A stretch of DNA of 64,000 bases from the human T2T-CHM13v2.0 reference genome, Homo sapiens (GCF_009914755.1 NC_060926.1), one strand, 5' to 3'; numbered from the stretch's first letter, positions 12,811 through 27,130 are shown. Notes: a model not told the origin generated them from the sequence alone. Numbers and translations are program-made.

Positions 12811-13499
12811 GTAAATATAGGACATCAAATTGTTTATCAAGAAAAACAGTGTTTTTTATTATACTTTGTGTTTTACTGGCAATGACATATTCAGTAGATC
12901 TCTTTTTATCTCAGTTGATATTAGACATTAGAAATGAAGGCTGCGGCTATATTTTAAAATGGTAAAGATCTTCCATCTGTCTAGATAAAATTTTGTTCAA
13001 CGTTTCAGTCACTTAGGTGATGGAAATTTGGCTCTCCTCCATGAATCCCACTTTCCTTGACTCCTTCCTACTACAATGTCAATTCTCCTGCCCTTTCAAG
13101 GTAGAGAAAAGTGTTTGTAGTCTCAAAGATACCAGATGGTATCTTTGCCTCCTTTTGAAATTCATGGCACTTATGTTATTCCACTTTTCCACTCAATGTC
13201 TTTGTCACTTGCCTATATCCTAGTTGCTACCAGTGTCACAGAAAACTCTGAAACTTGATCCTTGATTCTCCTTTCCATTTCAACTCCCACCATCATTTTT
13301 GACCACACCAATATCTTTGTATGCAGTACAATAATCTGGGAGTTTGTAGAAGGAAAATGGTACTTTTGACTTTGGGGATTAAGAGAAGTTTTAAGGGAGA
13401 CATGTTCTGTTGCTCTGCTCTTCCAAAGGTAAATGAAACTGGAATTATTAAAAATTGGGAGCAGAGGCCACATTTCCTAGTTGGAAGAAACAGCACAAG

Positions 13500-14230
13500 C
13501 AATGGCATAATATGAAAAGGGTGGCAGGAAAGCACATAATCCTGTGTGATTGCATCATAGAGGATATAAAAAGGGGCAATATGATACAGGGCTAAAGTGG
13601 CTAACTTGTTCTACATTTTAGAGAAACTTGTTTTAATATCAAGAGAAGGAGACTGAATTTCATTTGGCTGGCAGTGGTGGCAGGGAGGTGGAGATTTTTG
13701 AGAAATGTAATGATCAAACTGTGCCTTAAGAAGGTGAATGAATAATTTTTTAGGTTGGGAAAGAGGATGGAGAGAGGGAGAAGATAGAGTGCAAACTGCT
13801 GCTAACTATTTTGCTTGTTGTCCAAAGTGTGTCTAAGATCATCTAGGCAGAGGTAGCAGGAAGTAGAAGGAGCACAGTGTCTATAACTGCGTTTCAAAGA
13901 ATGCCAACACTTAATAACTGAATAAGCTTGGGTTGGTATTCAAGTGAACTTGAGGAGGAGTGCCTGACAGGAAGGAGGGAAACCAGGGAAATACTTGGCA
14001 GTGGCAAGTAGAGAGAATATGCTCTAGGTCAGAAGCACCAATAGTGTTAAAATGAAAACAAGAGGTCAAATAAGATGTGAACTGGACAGTAAATATTAGT
14101 TATAATAACATGGAGATCATTGATGGTCTTAGCTGGTTATTAGATCATTTGTTAGCTTCATTGGGGGCAGAATCTGGGAGAATTTGGTAGAAGGAAGTGC
14201 TGCAAAGTGGGAGACTCTTGAGGGAAATTT
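13500..14230 (-). mobile_element. Degenerate L2 fragments
   Basis: Purine-rich antisense L2-like motifs (GGTCAAATAAGATG, ATGGAGATCATTGATG). Confidence 0.5.
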
Positions 14231-14249
14231 TTAAATAAACACTGTTGGT

Positions 14250-14470
14250 ATAATTAGGAGGGGCAGATATACATTCAAATCCTGCTTCTCAATTAATTTT
14301 ATGTGTGGCCTGACTTCTCGAAATCTTAGTTTCCTCCCGGTGGATAAGAGAATGGAAGCCAATGGGTCATTATGTAGAATAAATGAGATCATAAGTCAAT
14401 AATTGGATGAAAAGAGTTCTGCGTTTGCTTGACCTAAGTATTCAATAATGGTGGCAATTACTATATTATT
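14250..14470 (+). mobile_element. MIR SINE
   Basis: TTCAAATCCTGCTTC..CTTAGTTTCCTC..AATAAATGAGAT. Confidence 0.6.
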
Positions 14471-14619
14471 TGAATCTGGACAATTGTTACATATTGGAGG
14501 AGGAGGTTACAGGTGTATACATAACTTGTTAGTTATGTTTTGACTGAGAATAAAACTGTTATCAAGAAAAACGAGGAAGTCAAAAAGATAATCTAAAGAA
14601 GAGAATGAAGTAGGTTTGT

Positions 14620-15950
14620 AATTTTTTCCCTTTTAAAAATATGCATGCAATGAAATGTGCAGATATTTTACATTTCTGTGGGTTTTGACAAAAGCTTATA
14701 CACATTTAATTCACAACTTTGAGGCTATATTCTATTTCTATTACTTTAAAAAGTGCCTTCATTTTCCTTTGCAGGTCACTCATTCTACCACCACCTGTGG
14801 GGGCAACTACTGTTTATTTCTATAACCATAGATTAGTTTTTTCTACTCTAGGTTTTTTGGAGTGATATAGTACATACTTGTTTGTTTCTGGCTTGTTTGA
14901 ATATACTACTTTTTAAATTTATCCCTGTGGTTTGGGGCACTGATCGTTTGCCCTTTTTTTCATTGCTGGGTTTAAATATACTAAGTATACCATATTTTTT
15001 TTGTTTGTTTTAAAATCTATCCACTTGTTTATGGACATTTTTGTTGTTTCTAGTTTTGCGCTATTTTGAATAAAATTTCTGTGAACGTACACCTTGTATA
15101 AGTTTCACTGTATAAGAAATCATCACATGCCCAAGCCATGTAGATAGTTCCTTATGTATTATTTTGTTTTCCCAATAAACTTTATAGTCAGCTTTTATGT
15201 TTAGAGCGGGTATTCATATAGATTTAATTATTGTTTGTGGCTAGAATTCAGTGTAGTTCATGATTTTTTTCTATATTAATATTAACATGTTTCAGTGTAA
15301 TATTTGAAGTATTTTTCTTTCTCCATTGAATTGCTTCAAATATTTTTATAAATTTGTCTTTTGTTTTTAGAAATATGACTATTATGTATCTAGGGTCTAT
15401 TTTTTTAATGTGTATTCTGTTTGGGATTCATTGAGCTTCCTCTAGGGATCAATTTTTTTTTCCCAGATCAGATTTGGAAAGTTTTAAGCCACCATATCTT
15501 TGGATATTTATTTCTCTGCCAATCTCTTTGTCTTCCTTCTGAGATTCCAGTTACACAGATGTTAAACCACGAAGTGACCCAGGGGTCACTTAGATTCTGT
15601 TAATGTTTAAAAACTTTTTTCCCTCTCTGTACTGATTTTATAATTTTTATTTCTGTGTATTGAAGCTTACTGATTGTTTCTTCTGTAATATCCCATTTTC
15701 TGTTAAGCCCATAAGATAATTTTACATTTCAGATATTATACTTTTTAATTCAAGATTTTCCATTTGGTTCATTTTTATGGATTCCATTCATTTGATGAGA
15801 ATTTCTATTCGTTCACTCATTATAATATCCATCCTTTCCAAAATCATTGAACATATTTATAACAGCTGGTTTAAAGTCCTTCTCTATTAATTCAAATATA
15901 TGTGATTTCTCTGGGCTTGTTTCCAATGGCAATTTTTTTCTCTTGGTTAT
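14620..15950 (-). mobile_element. Old L1M (L1ME-like) fragments: 3'UTR/ORF2 end followed by ORF1-like antisense sequence
   Basis: T-rich antisense L1 motifs (ATAGATTAGTTTT, ATGGACATTTTTGTTGTTTCTAG, GACTATTATGTATCTAGG). Confidence 0.75.
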
Positions 15951-17708
15951 GAAAGAAATCAAGGTACTTTATTATCATTGGAACCATGATATAAATATTG
16001 CTGTGATTTGACTTGACACAGCTACAAGCAATTTTGATATGCCTTGGCATCATTAATTTATTCTAATTTAGTGTTTAATGTCCCAGTAATAATATTTCTA
16101 GCCTAAGTTGGTGTAGAATAGAAACCTCAGCTCTTATGCATTGGAATAGAAAAATACGATTACACATGATCATGAAAAGCAATGATGCCTGAATATTTGG
16201 ATTTGAACTGTTTTATCTCACTTAAACTGAGAGTGATAGGTTAAAAGAGTAGTGCTGCATTGAGTAAAGGCTATTTTGACAGAATTTGTTGAACCTGTGT
16301 TTAGAAGTTAAGAAAGAGAGGAAGAAGAAACAGGAACACTTTAAAAGAGTTGATGCCAAAGACAGACACATAAACAAAGGTGAGATGCTTTTCTATTTCT
16401 CTCCCAACTTACCTTAGAAGGCTGTGCTGTAGCAAACGACTCACATTTCCTATGTAAAGCCTGTTAGAAACTTTTTCAGACTATTGAATCGCCACAAAGA
16501 GAGCAAGGTGATTTTGTATAACATCTTATTCAGTATTTACTAGATAGCTGATACATGCTTGGCACTCTAATGACGTTGTAATGGGTGGGCACATCCATGG
16601 TTCTTCATCGAGTTTAGAGACTGGTTAGTGTATTATTTTATGCTGTTAATTTTACAATTGTGTAGGTGCCACCAAGTCCTCTAATGAACAACCTTTGCTT
16701 TCTGATTCTAGACCAAAGATCTTCTCACATATATCTATTTCTTACATCTATTTCTTATTCCATAATCTCTCAATCTCATGTTCTTTCTGTAAGGAATGAG
16801 AATGGAGATAGAGTTATATAGAGATCATAGAATCTTGGATGTGGCTTTACAGTTGTGTTTTTTTCTTCTGTTTTAAAGGGATTGGGGAGGGAGGTCTTAT
16901 AAGTATATGGTGTTTCACAGATACAACACTCTGGGATTCCATTTCAAGTTTTAATGATAGTATAAGCAGTACATTGAAAGACAGCCAATAACATTCATCT
17001 CTTGAAATAAGTATGCTGCAGGGCTGAAATAACTTTGGCTTTATTGCTTTGAAACTTCGTGAAGCTTGGGTTAAGCTCTTGGCTATGTTACATCTGAGAA
17101 ATACAGACCTCGTTTCACCTGTTCCACACTACAGCTGCAGTTTTATTTGGAAAATTGATGAGGGCATTAAGTTCTGAAGTCATGTTGATTCTAATGTAAA
17201 TAAATGGTGTCATTACTTCATAGTTGGGAGTGCCACTAATGCAGACCTTAAAATTAAGGGTTATCTTGTTGATTGGGGGAAAATTAAAGTAATCAACTTT
17301 CAAGGCTTTAATAAATGAGATTGCACACTTAAAAATCATTTTCAAACCAGCTTTAAAAGTAGATGACTAGAAAATCAATAGCAATAATACATACCTATGG
17401 AAACAGAATGGGCTATATTTATTTTTAAGGATAGTTTCTTGTGTTATTTGGTTTGAATTTATTAATAAGGGGCTTAAAAGTAATCATATAAAATATTAAG
17501 TATATTTTCATAGGAAAATACCAATGGTATTTTTTGTGGCAGTTAATACACATAGAGCCATGAAAGTTGAATTTTCCAAAAGAAAAAAATGATGGTACAG
17601 GTTCAGTACACCTAATGTAAATTCATGAAATCAAAGTATATAAAGGTTTTTCTAGGAAGTTAGAGGTAGAGAGGGCTCAATTCTATTCCTGTATGTAATA
17701 CTTGTTAA

Positions 17709-17736
17709 TGTGTGTGTGTGTGTGTGTGCATGTGTG
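17709..17736. repeat. (TG)n microsatellite
   Basis: Read directly. Confidence 0.9.
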
Positions 17737-18539
17737 AATTTGTGTGTAGCATTTATTACATTATAAAATATAGTATATAACCTTAGAAACTAAGCTCTTT
17801 CCAATATTGGAATATAAATTGCTTTAAATATTTGGACACAATCACTACCATCACTATTATTATCATCATCATCCCAGCTCATATTTATGTAGTCTGAGTC
17901 TGGGCCAGAGAGATTCCATGCTAAGTCCTATTTAGTATGAAGTGGGCTCTCAACCTATATCTGTGAATTAATCTTTGTGTCACCACAAGTGTCCAGTAGG
18001 CTGATCTGAACAAAATCAGTACTCAGGATATGCTTTGAACTGTTAACACCAGAAGGCAAGGGCAACTTTCACTTTTACACACATAAGGGAGAGTGTATTC
18101 TTCAATTTCATGAGTAGAGAGTGGTGTACGTGAGAATAATTTATAAAGTGATGTCATAAGTCCCTATGTGCCTGGGAAACACAAACCTGCCTACTCCAGA
18201 CAACAACTGGGTGGTTTTTATTATTGTTGTTTGCTTTTACGTTTGAAGCAGACTTGTGTGGCACTTCAGAAACAATATGAGATATTTAGCAGTGTATAAA
18301 TTTGAGTTTGGAGTTGATTCAGGTCGAACTTTCAACAGTAATCTGATGTATATGTAATGGGATACATAATTAGTAGTGTGCTGTATTGTAAACATGGCGG
18401 AAAAAATGTCAGAAGACTACATGCTAGACAGTCCTCATTGTCTGTCTTGCCATCCCCAGTTCCTGGGGCCCTGGACTAAGCAGGCACAATGGGTCTGAGC
18501 CAGAAAAGTCCCCATTGTAAGTATAATCATAGTCATTGT

Positions 18540-18692
18540 AATAATAAAAATGATTTCCACTTGTTTCAATTTACTACATGCCAGACTCTATATTACATAC
18601 TTAACATGCATATCTCATTTTAATAACAACACTGAGAGATAAATAGGTTCAATTTTCATACGAAAAAAATGGAGGCTGAAAACTTGGAAGTG
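18540..18692 (-). mobile_element. MIR fragment
   Basis: TTTACTACATGCCAG..ATCTCATTTTAAT..AAATGGAGGCT. Confidence 0.65.
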
Positions 18693-18699
18693 AGAATGA

Positions 18700-18935
18700 T
18701 ATGATATAATGAAAATAAATGAAATTTGACATCAGATAGGCAGCATTGCAACTCATGATTCACCATCTATTATGTGATCATGGGAAAATTACTCAACTTG
18801 TCTGCGTTTTAGGTTCTTAAACCATAACGTCGGGATTACTTTTGTTCTCCTATTCTGAGGATGCATTCAGATATGTATGTAAAACTCCAAACATAGTACC
18901 TAAGACATAGGAGGGCATTTGCAAATGTTGGTGGT
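18700..18935 (+). mobile_element. MIR SINE
   Basis: ATGTGATCATGGGAAAATTACTCAAC core; ACATAGTACCTAAGACATAG 3' part. Confidence 0.7.
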
Positions 18936-19228
18936 CCTGACCTCCCACCATTCCTTATTGACTCTGCAGAGTTAATGTTGACCTGGGAAGTTTTCACCCT
19001 GGCTCCAGTAAGGAAAGTGAAAATGACTAATGATTTTCTTTATCCAGTAAAGGATGTGGAGGATGGGGCGGTAAACTTGGGTACTTTTCTACATCCTCCT
19101 CTTTTCCTGGCAAAGTCCCAGTAAATACTTATGATAGCTTTGTGTAAAAACAGCACCTGTAGCCAGACATGGCACCATGGAAGGCAGGTTGGTGGGCAAA
19201 TGCCCTCTAAGTGTAAAAAAGAAGGAGT

Positions 19229-19755
19229 GTTGTGGGTCCCCAGATCACCCACCAGATTTGATGATTTGCTAGAAAGGCTCACAGGACTCATCTTGTAGTC
19301 ATATATATAGCTACAATTTGTTACAGCAAAAATATAGAAAGCAGAATTAACAAAGGGAAAGGTACATGGGGCAAAGTTTGGAGGAAACTGGGTGTAAGCT
19401 TCCTAGAGTCATCCTCCGGTGGGGTCACACAGGATTGCTTAATTTCTTCAGCAAGGAGTTGTGACAACACATAAATGCCTTCCAAGGAGTCTAATTGGAG
19501 TCTCAGTGCCTAGAGTTTCTATAAGGGGCTGCTCACCTAGGCAACTTCTCCATGTACCAAATTCCAGACATCCTGAAGTGTTCAGCATAGACCATATGGT
19601 TTGCATAAACAGGCAAGGCACGAGGAGCCATTCTTATCAGGGAATGGTGGGAACTCTCTTCAAATCCCACTTTCCAGACCTAGCCAAGGACCAACTTTGC
19701 AAGCAGACCTTTATATGGATAGCAGTCTCAGGCCTTCTCAGTTTATATTAACTCA
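19229..19755 (-). mobile_element. MER21/MER77-family LTR
   Basis: GGGTCCCCAGATCACC..GATGATTTGCTAGAAAGGCTCACAGGACTCA and terminal GCAGTCTCAGGCCT..TTAACTC. Confidence 0.75.
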
Positions 19756-20643
19756 TATTAACATAGTCTTAGGGTGGGTTACCTCTTACCTGCACAGAAA
19801 GACATAGTTGCGTGCCAGGACACAAGCATAGCAGAGCAGGAAACAGATGGAGTTTTGCCCTGACCCATCTGCGTGTACAGATACCTTTAGGCAATGAACA
19901 ATCTACCAAACCATGGATGGCTTCCCTGCCTACTAGAGAAGCCTCACATGGAAGAGCACGCTGTGTATGACCTCATTCTGCCTTCACTCTCTGGTCCTTT
20001 AAATGTTGATTGATCAGCCTTTTTTCACTGACCCAATTTGCCTTCTCTGAAGATGCTTTTTGCAAATACAGCAGGTTTGATGAATGCTTAGCAAGAAGTT
20101 TGGATGACTTCTGCACTGGTTTCTGTCTATTTGGGGCTGATTGGAAAACTTAAGACACTGAATTTATCTTATACTTGAAATTCTGTAACCACTGTTATTT
20201 ATGTCTCTGTGTCTGTCTCTTTCTTTAATCTTTGTTTTGTTTTTCTTCAGTAAGCAGTTCTGTGAGGTAGTTAGGACTATGATTGGGTAGTTGAGGCTCC
20301 ATGTGGTTAAGTAATCATATCAGAAGAATTTGTTGGAAAGACTCAGACCAGAATACAGATTTGCTGTTTCTTGAATGAGCATCTCTTCTGTTGAATCAAA
20401 TTAATACTATAAAAGTAATTTCATGGAAAGAATAATCATAAAGAGGCAATATCAGTCCAAATACAGAAAGGCCTTGCTTTTCTGACTTTCTGTAGTAGTA
20501 GCAAACCCAGTGGAGTTCTGAAGAATGTGGTCATTGCTATGGATTGATGTTAGAGACCAGAGCTAGATTAGTCAGACTGGTCAACTCTTCTAGAGTGACT
20601 GGAAACTTAAGCATCTAAGAACAAGGGCAAATCAGTACAAATA

Positions 20644-21080
20644 CAGTTAACCCTTGAACAATGCAGGTGTGAACTGCATGGGTCCACCTATACGTGGATT
20701 TTCTTCTGTTTCTACCATCCCTGAAATAGCAAGAGCAACCCCTCCTCTTCCTCCTCCTCTTCAGCCTACCTGACATGAAGATGACAAGAATGAAAACCTT
20801 CATGTTGTTCCACTTTCACTTAACAAATAGTAAATATGTTTTACTTCCTTATGATTTTCTTAATAACACATTTCTTTAGCTTGTTTTATTGTAAGAATAT
20901 AGTATGTAATACATATAACGCACAAATATATGTCAATAGACTGTTTATGTTATTGATAAGCTTTCCAGTCAGGGATAGGCTACTCGTAGTTAAGTTTTTG
21001 GGGAGTCAAAAGTTGTACTCAGATTTTGAATGCACAGGGTTTTAGTGCCCCTAACCCCGATATTATTCAAGGGATAACTG
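20644..21080. mobile_element. Tigger2a (MER28)-like TcMar DNA transposon, full length
   Basis: Terminal inverted repeats CAGTTAACCCTTGAACAA and TTATTCAAGGGATAACTG, flanked by TA on both sides; 437 bp. Confidence 0.9.
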
Positions 21081-23964
21081 TAATCAAGACCTGACAAGTC
21101 CTGTCTAGTCATCAAATCAAAAGTTCATGAGTGAGGAGAGATGTAGGAGAAGAACTTAAGGATGACAGAATGAATACATTAAGGAATAAAGTAGCAAGTA
21201 AGGAACAGACTTCAAAGTAAGGATGAAGGTCCAATTGTTTTGCCAAGAACTGGGCTTGGGTGTTCACTTTTCATCTCTAAGTCTGTTTTATTTTAGCCCA
21301 TATTATCTCCCTCTTATTTGGATATAAGATGTCCAGTAAGTGGGTAACTTGCCTGTTTGGAAGCCACTACCTGTTATGAACAAGGCTTAACTTGTTCATA
21401 TTTCATTCAGTATCTCCCAAATGTTGAAATAACGATTTGGGCAGGAGAGTTAGTTTTATAAAGACATCCCACCATAAAAGATATTTAGTATTCAATAAAG
21501 CTTGCAGTTCTTTACCTTAATGTTGTGTCTTAATATATTGACTCAGGTCTCACTTGAAATCTGAAACATGGGTTCCATGATCTATACACTTAATAAGCCT
21601 TTAAATAATGAAACAGGATATACTTGAAGGGCCAGCTGTCTTTGTTTCTATTTTATGCCTGCATTTTATGGGCTTGATCACTAGGACTCAGACTGGTCCT
21701 TGGCAACATTGCAAAGTTAGCGAAGATCTTTCCAGCCCTTTCCTGACTTCCTGCTACATGGAAATTTTTTCTCTGACTGCCTGATGCTCTCATGCTGCTT
21801 GTATTTCAGTGTCTGCCTTATCCCTAAAGGATTTGCCTGCCCTAGAGTTGTCTTATGTACCAGATCTAGGTTTATCAATATTCTGGGAGTCATTTGTTAA
21901 GTTCTCAATGTATTCCTTCTTATAGAGAAGTCTCTTATTCACAGTCTCATATATTCGGACCAGTCTAGAGTACAATGAGTGGGAATGACAGTCTGGAAGG
22001 GGAGAAGACAAATGCAATACCATCTGGTGCCCAGAAGAACTTCTGCATACTTAATCAGACCCCAAAGCCTTATATCATCAGCAAAGTGGGAAGCTTAGTA
22101 TCTCACATTCACATAATTTTTAGAAGCCATTTCATACCTTATAAATTTTGTCGCATTTCAGCAAGAGTTCTTGATATGTATTTAAACCTGGACTCTCTTA
22201 TCTAAGTGCTGTCATTGGGAAGGACACAAAGTGTTACTGGGTATTTGAGACTTAGTGTGGTTAAGCATATTGTTGAAAAGATGGGACTATACTCTATAAA
22301 TTGTGAGAATAATCATGACTTCTCTATTTCCCCGCCTGGGATATTCAAGGAGAGAGTGCTAAAATGAAAAGTACCATAAAAGCTCTGGAGTAGCACTGAC
22401 AGGATGATGGAGACATCACCATGGTGAAGGTTGTCCTGGGTTGTGAGATACCCTTAATTTGATACCTTCTTCCTAAAAGATTAATTCTTACAAAGTTTGT
22501 CTGTCTCCAAAATACAAGGGCCCTAATATGGATCAAACAAATAACAGGGTTCTCACTGGCTTTTATAGAAAACATAAAATGTCACTTGAGAATGAGAAGT
22601 CCAGAGGGAACACAGTTCTCCATGCTGGAAACAGAAGACAGCAAGAAAGAAAGATAAAGTGTGATCTAAAGAAGGACACACTGCTCCTGTTTGTGTGGAT
22701 AGATACAACTGAGGGAAGAGACAATTTGTAACTGGAAGGATAAGGCAGATTTATGGGTGTTTATGTGCCTATGTGACAAAAGGGACCTTGGGGTGTAATG
22801 GGCTAGATTTAAGTATGAAGTATGACTGCCTCATGAAAATGTTCATTCATGGACCTTAAATCTTGCACATAATGAGGACAAGAAACTGTAGCTGATTCAT
22901 GCAAATGTCTCCTTATATATTTCTTAATATTGCCCATTTTCTTGTTCACTGGATATGTGAGACTCTGGCTTCATCATCTCATCCTAGTAGTCAACAGATT
23001 CCTTCACAGCATTTACTGAGTCCAGCTCTGGGAATATGCAGAAGGCTGAGGTAGGCCTTCTTTCAGTCTGTCCTCATAGTCATCAAACCTGAGAGGGAAA
23101 CACCTTTTCTTCTTTGCCTTGTGTTCTCTGCATCTTACTGAGAAGATGTTGTAATGTTATGCTTTTGTTTGATTTTGTTTCCTCATAGAGACTTTCAGAC
23201 TCCCACTATGTGGTTTGGACACGAAGTCAGTCTGAGTGCCACCGCACCAACCCCAAACTATTGTTTCTGGACCCAGTGTGGTCTTTTCTTTCAAGGAAGA
23301 ATCTTGTCCATCCAGTGCAGGGGTTGGAGGATTACAGAAGTTCTTATTCCTTTATGTATTATGACCCCCAAGCTTGTGAGCTGGTCATGAGCCTCAAGGT
23401 TTTCATCCACTTTCCATCTCATTAGGCTTTCAGCCATCCCTGCAAATAGCACCATCTTCCTAAAGCCCTGGTCATTACTCCGTAACTCTCCAAACACAAG
23501 TATTTACTGGTCCTGACTAAGAGACTTGGCTTATAGGGGATCTGAGTGAGATGTTGGCCCTTATTCTTAGTGAGTTACAATCTTCTGAGCAGACAAATAC
23601 GCAGGAAATAATAAGAGACTAACAGAAGATAACCAGGTGGTTTGGATGATCAGTGCCATTTCAATCTCTGCTCAAAGCTGACATACTTACCACTAACCCA
23701 CCAAGTACAGATTTGTTCTCCAAATTCAGAAATGAACAAATAATTAAAAATAATGGTAAGATGATCCCAGAAAAGATTAGTGTAGAAGGAGAGGGGTTTG
23801 AGGAGACGGTGGTAACAGCAAATAATTTGCAGCTCGAGAAAGATGATCATGATGATTTCACATTGATCAAATTCTATTTCTATCATATTTATATGAATTA
23901 TCTCATTTGATCTTCACAACCCTAAGATATAAATAATTATCTTAACACACGAATGTACAGTTTG

Positions 23965-24470
23965 AAATCATTGTACCAAAAAGACACATACACTCATATG
24001 TTCATCACAGCACCATTCATAATGGCAAAGACACGGAATCAATGATGCACCGGGTAAAGCAAATGTGGTACATATACACCATGGACTGCTACACAGCCAA
24101 AAAAAAAAACAGTGAAATCATGTCCTTTGCTGTGATATGAATGCAGTTGGCGGGCATTATCCTCAGCAAATTAACACAGGAACAGGAAACCAAATACTAC
24201 ATATTCTGACATATAAATGGGAGCTAAATATTGGGTAGTTAGGGCATAAAGATGGCAACCGTAGAAACTGGGGATGACTAGAAAGGGGAGAGAGGAAGGA
24301 CGGCAAGGGTTGAAAAACTAACTATTGGGTACTATGCTCAGTACCTGTGTGATGGGATAATTTGTACTTTAAATCACAGCATCACGCAATATACTCAGGT
24401 AGCAAACGTGTGCATATACCCCAAGAATCTAAAATAAAATTTGAATAAATAAATAAAAGGTTAAAAAAAA
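23965..24470 (+). mobile_element. L1PA16-like 3' fragment, probably inserted into an antisense MIR
   Basis: ORF2 end plus 3'UTR (GGTTGAAAAACTAACTATTGGGTACTATGCTC); A tail; diverged TSD GAATGTACAGTTTGAA / GAATGTAGAGCTTGGA. Confidence 0.9.
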
Positions 24471-24959
24471 GAATGTAGAGCTTGGAAGGTTTGATGAACC
24501 GTCACTTTCATCGAGAATACAACTCCAGGAAGTGAGAGTGAAGTTTCCAGAAAACAAAGCAGAAAAGCAGCAAGAGCCACAATGAGGGTATATTTTGGAG
24601 TGGCGGAGACCTATTCATTGCTTGATCAATGGAAGCATATTTCTCCCCAGGAATCTGTATAATCTATATCTCAGAACTTTCTCCCAGGGGTGGAAAAAGA
24701 GATAAATATCCTTGACTTGTGTCTCCCTAGGCCAACATTTATCCCCTGGGCCTGAACTGCTTCCGTGACAGTCAATTCATTTGCAGATTCCCAGGAGCCA
24801 CAATAGTCTGTAGGGAAGCCTGGGATGGGAGGTGAGAAGCAGGGGGTGGGGTGGTCCCAGCGGTGCCTGTGTGAAGTGGGTCTGACCCCACACACAGATG
24901 GGACAAGAGTCAGGAGGTGAAGCCAAGAGGATTTGAAACGAGGCAAAAGTGATACCTAG

Positions 24960-25110
24960 TCCATTACTGTTTTCTTTGTTTTACAAGTGAGGAAATCTCA
25001 GGCACAGAAAGCCAGGTAAGTTGTCTAAAGTTGAAATCTGAGATGTGATAGGGAGGACAATGTAAACACAGAGATTCCAAACTATCGCATCCAAACTCCC
25101 AACTACTAAT
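24960..25110 (-). mobile_element. MIR fragment
   Basis: TTTTACAAGTGAGGAAATCTCAGGCACAGA. Confidence 0.7.
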
Positions 25111-25429
25111 TCCTAATGGAAAGGGTTCCTCTTGAAAACTTTCAGAGAATGACCTACTAGGTGACATAGACTAAACCTTCAAAGAGCATCAACAAGAATT
25201 GTAAGAAACCTGTGAGTGAGAAGCACTTACTGAGTTACCAGAGGACAGTGGGAACTAAGAGGGTGTCTTTAACCTGGAAAGCAACCAGTGAAGCCAACCA
25301 CATCCTTCAATCCCACATCCTTTGATGCCCTCACCTCTCACGCACAATAGAGATCTGAGCTGCAATTTGGCACCCTTAAATGTACTTGGCTATGTTCCAG
25401 AACAGAGAAAAGGCAATGTTCGTATCTGT

Positions 25430-25550
25430 TTCACGCTTGCCTCGTGCCAGAGACTGCTCAGTATTTCACGGGAACAACACTTCAAGGAAGTTAATAGCAT
25501 CTCCATCTTACGGATGACGAAACTGAGGCTTAGATGGGTAAAGGATGTTC
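25430..25550 (-). mobile_element. MIR fragment
   Basis: CCATCTTACGGATGACGAAACTGAGGCTTAGA. Confidence 0.7.
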
Positions 25551-25644
25551 TTTGCTTCCCCACATTGTTTTTCTGGTATATATCACAGGCGTATGTTTTG
25601 TTTTGGGTCTGTATTTGCCTTCTAGAATGATATTCAAGAGGTGG

Positions 25645-25815
25645 GGTTATAAACCCTGGCTGGGCATTAGAATAATTTAGGGATCTTGTTAAAATTACAG
25701 AACCCCAAGCTCTACCTGAAACCTAAGGCATTAGACCTTTTTAACCTAGGGGAACGGATATCCTAATGTGACCATATTTCACTGGGGATCTGATGGGAAG
25801 CCAGGGTTGACACTC
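25645..25815. mobile_element. MER5-like hAT MITE
   Basis: AACCCTGGCTG..CATTAGAAT..CTTGTTAAAAT at the left and CTGATG..AGCCAGGGTTG at the right, forming inverted ends. Confidence 0.65.
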
Positions 25816-26749
25816 AAAAGAATGGACAGAAAATAGTGAACATGTTCCTGAGCTGCATGAAAGAAATATGCAAGATTCAGAACCAGGGCTGGGGGAAAAG
25901 ACAGTCCTGCTCTTCTTTGTACAAATCAAATCACCTCTGAAGAGGTGCTTTGAGTTTTGGGTAGCTTACTTTAAGTAGCAGAATTGGAAGGAAGAACTGT
26001 ACTGGGGAATAGGACTGTGTCCAGGGCACCAAGACAAAGCCAGACATAACCCAAGAGGCTGACAATTTGGGGAAGTCTGGTGACGGCAACTCTCTCACCC
26101 ACAGTTAACAAACAAACAAGAAATATTTTCTCCGGGCTCAGTCTCTGTAGTTTTGGCAGCAGGGAGTCAGCGTCCTTCCTGAAACATGCCCTGCTGTGTT
26201 CCTGCCCAGTCTTGCCAGCAGCTCAGTCTGCATCTGGGCTTTTCCCCACCCTCTGTTGCCTAATCCACAGCATCCTTATCCCTCCCCTCAGGCCACCACC
26301 ACCCCCCTTCTCCCACGCACCCAGGCTGTGTTTTAGCAGGACAGCTATTTTCTGCCATTCAGCACTGAGTGATCATCATCAGGTACAGCTTCCCAAACAC
26401 ACAACTGCGCTGCTTGTGTAGCCTCAGGTATAATTACGAAGGCTGTCCCAGCACTCGCTACCTACACTATACTTAATGGGGAGGGATGGTCTCTTGTTCT
26501 CTATTAAATATTTTGAAAGAGAACCCGTAGGCATGACAAGGTTCAGGCACCAAGCAGAAATGGGAATCGGAGTGCCCCTGCTCTGACAGGCAAGCACAAG
26601 TTTTAATTATCTGCTCATCCAGGATTTAAAAATTTTCGTTTTACTATAAAAAGCAGAAAAGGAAGACAACATGATTTCATGTGCTTACAGGAAATGAAAT
26701 TGGTTGAGAATATTGTCTGCTGTCACTTCTCTCTTATTTCTTCCTTTGT

Positions 26750-27130
26750 AGTGTTTATTTTTCCTGTTCTATGAATAATAAATACTGAAAATATAAAAAT
26801 TACAGAAATGCATAAAGATGAACAACTTATGACCCCACAGTTCAGACAAAACTTCTATTAACATTTTTATATGTTTTCATCCAGTCTTTTTCATGCACAC
26901 TCACACATACCCACATAGAGACAAAAGAATTGATTGTATTATGGTAGTTTAATATTCTAATTGTTTTGTTTTGTGTTACATTATGAGAAAATATTTATGC
27001 CAATGGATACATTTGAAAAACAACTTTTCTAATAGTTCTATATTTCATGTTTCACTCTGATTTATTTCACTTTATTTCCCTGTTATTGGATATTTAAATT
27101 ATTTCCAATCCTTTGTTGATAACTCTTAAT
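26750..27130 (-). mobile_element. Old L1M 3' fragment
   Basis: CCCTGTTATTGGATATTTAAATTATTTCCAAT antisense L1 motif. Confidence 0.55.

Noticed and set aside
17799-17812. Perfect 14-bp palindrome TTCCAATATTGGAA
   Set aside because: Expected by chance at this length in 64 kb of AT-rich DNA.
23653-23910. 85-aa acidic ORF
   Set aside because: GTG start, runs into MIR-like sequence and has no known similarity.
26182-26191. p53 half-site AAACATGCCC
   Set aside because: No adjacent second half-site.
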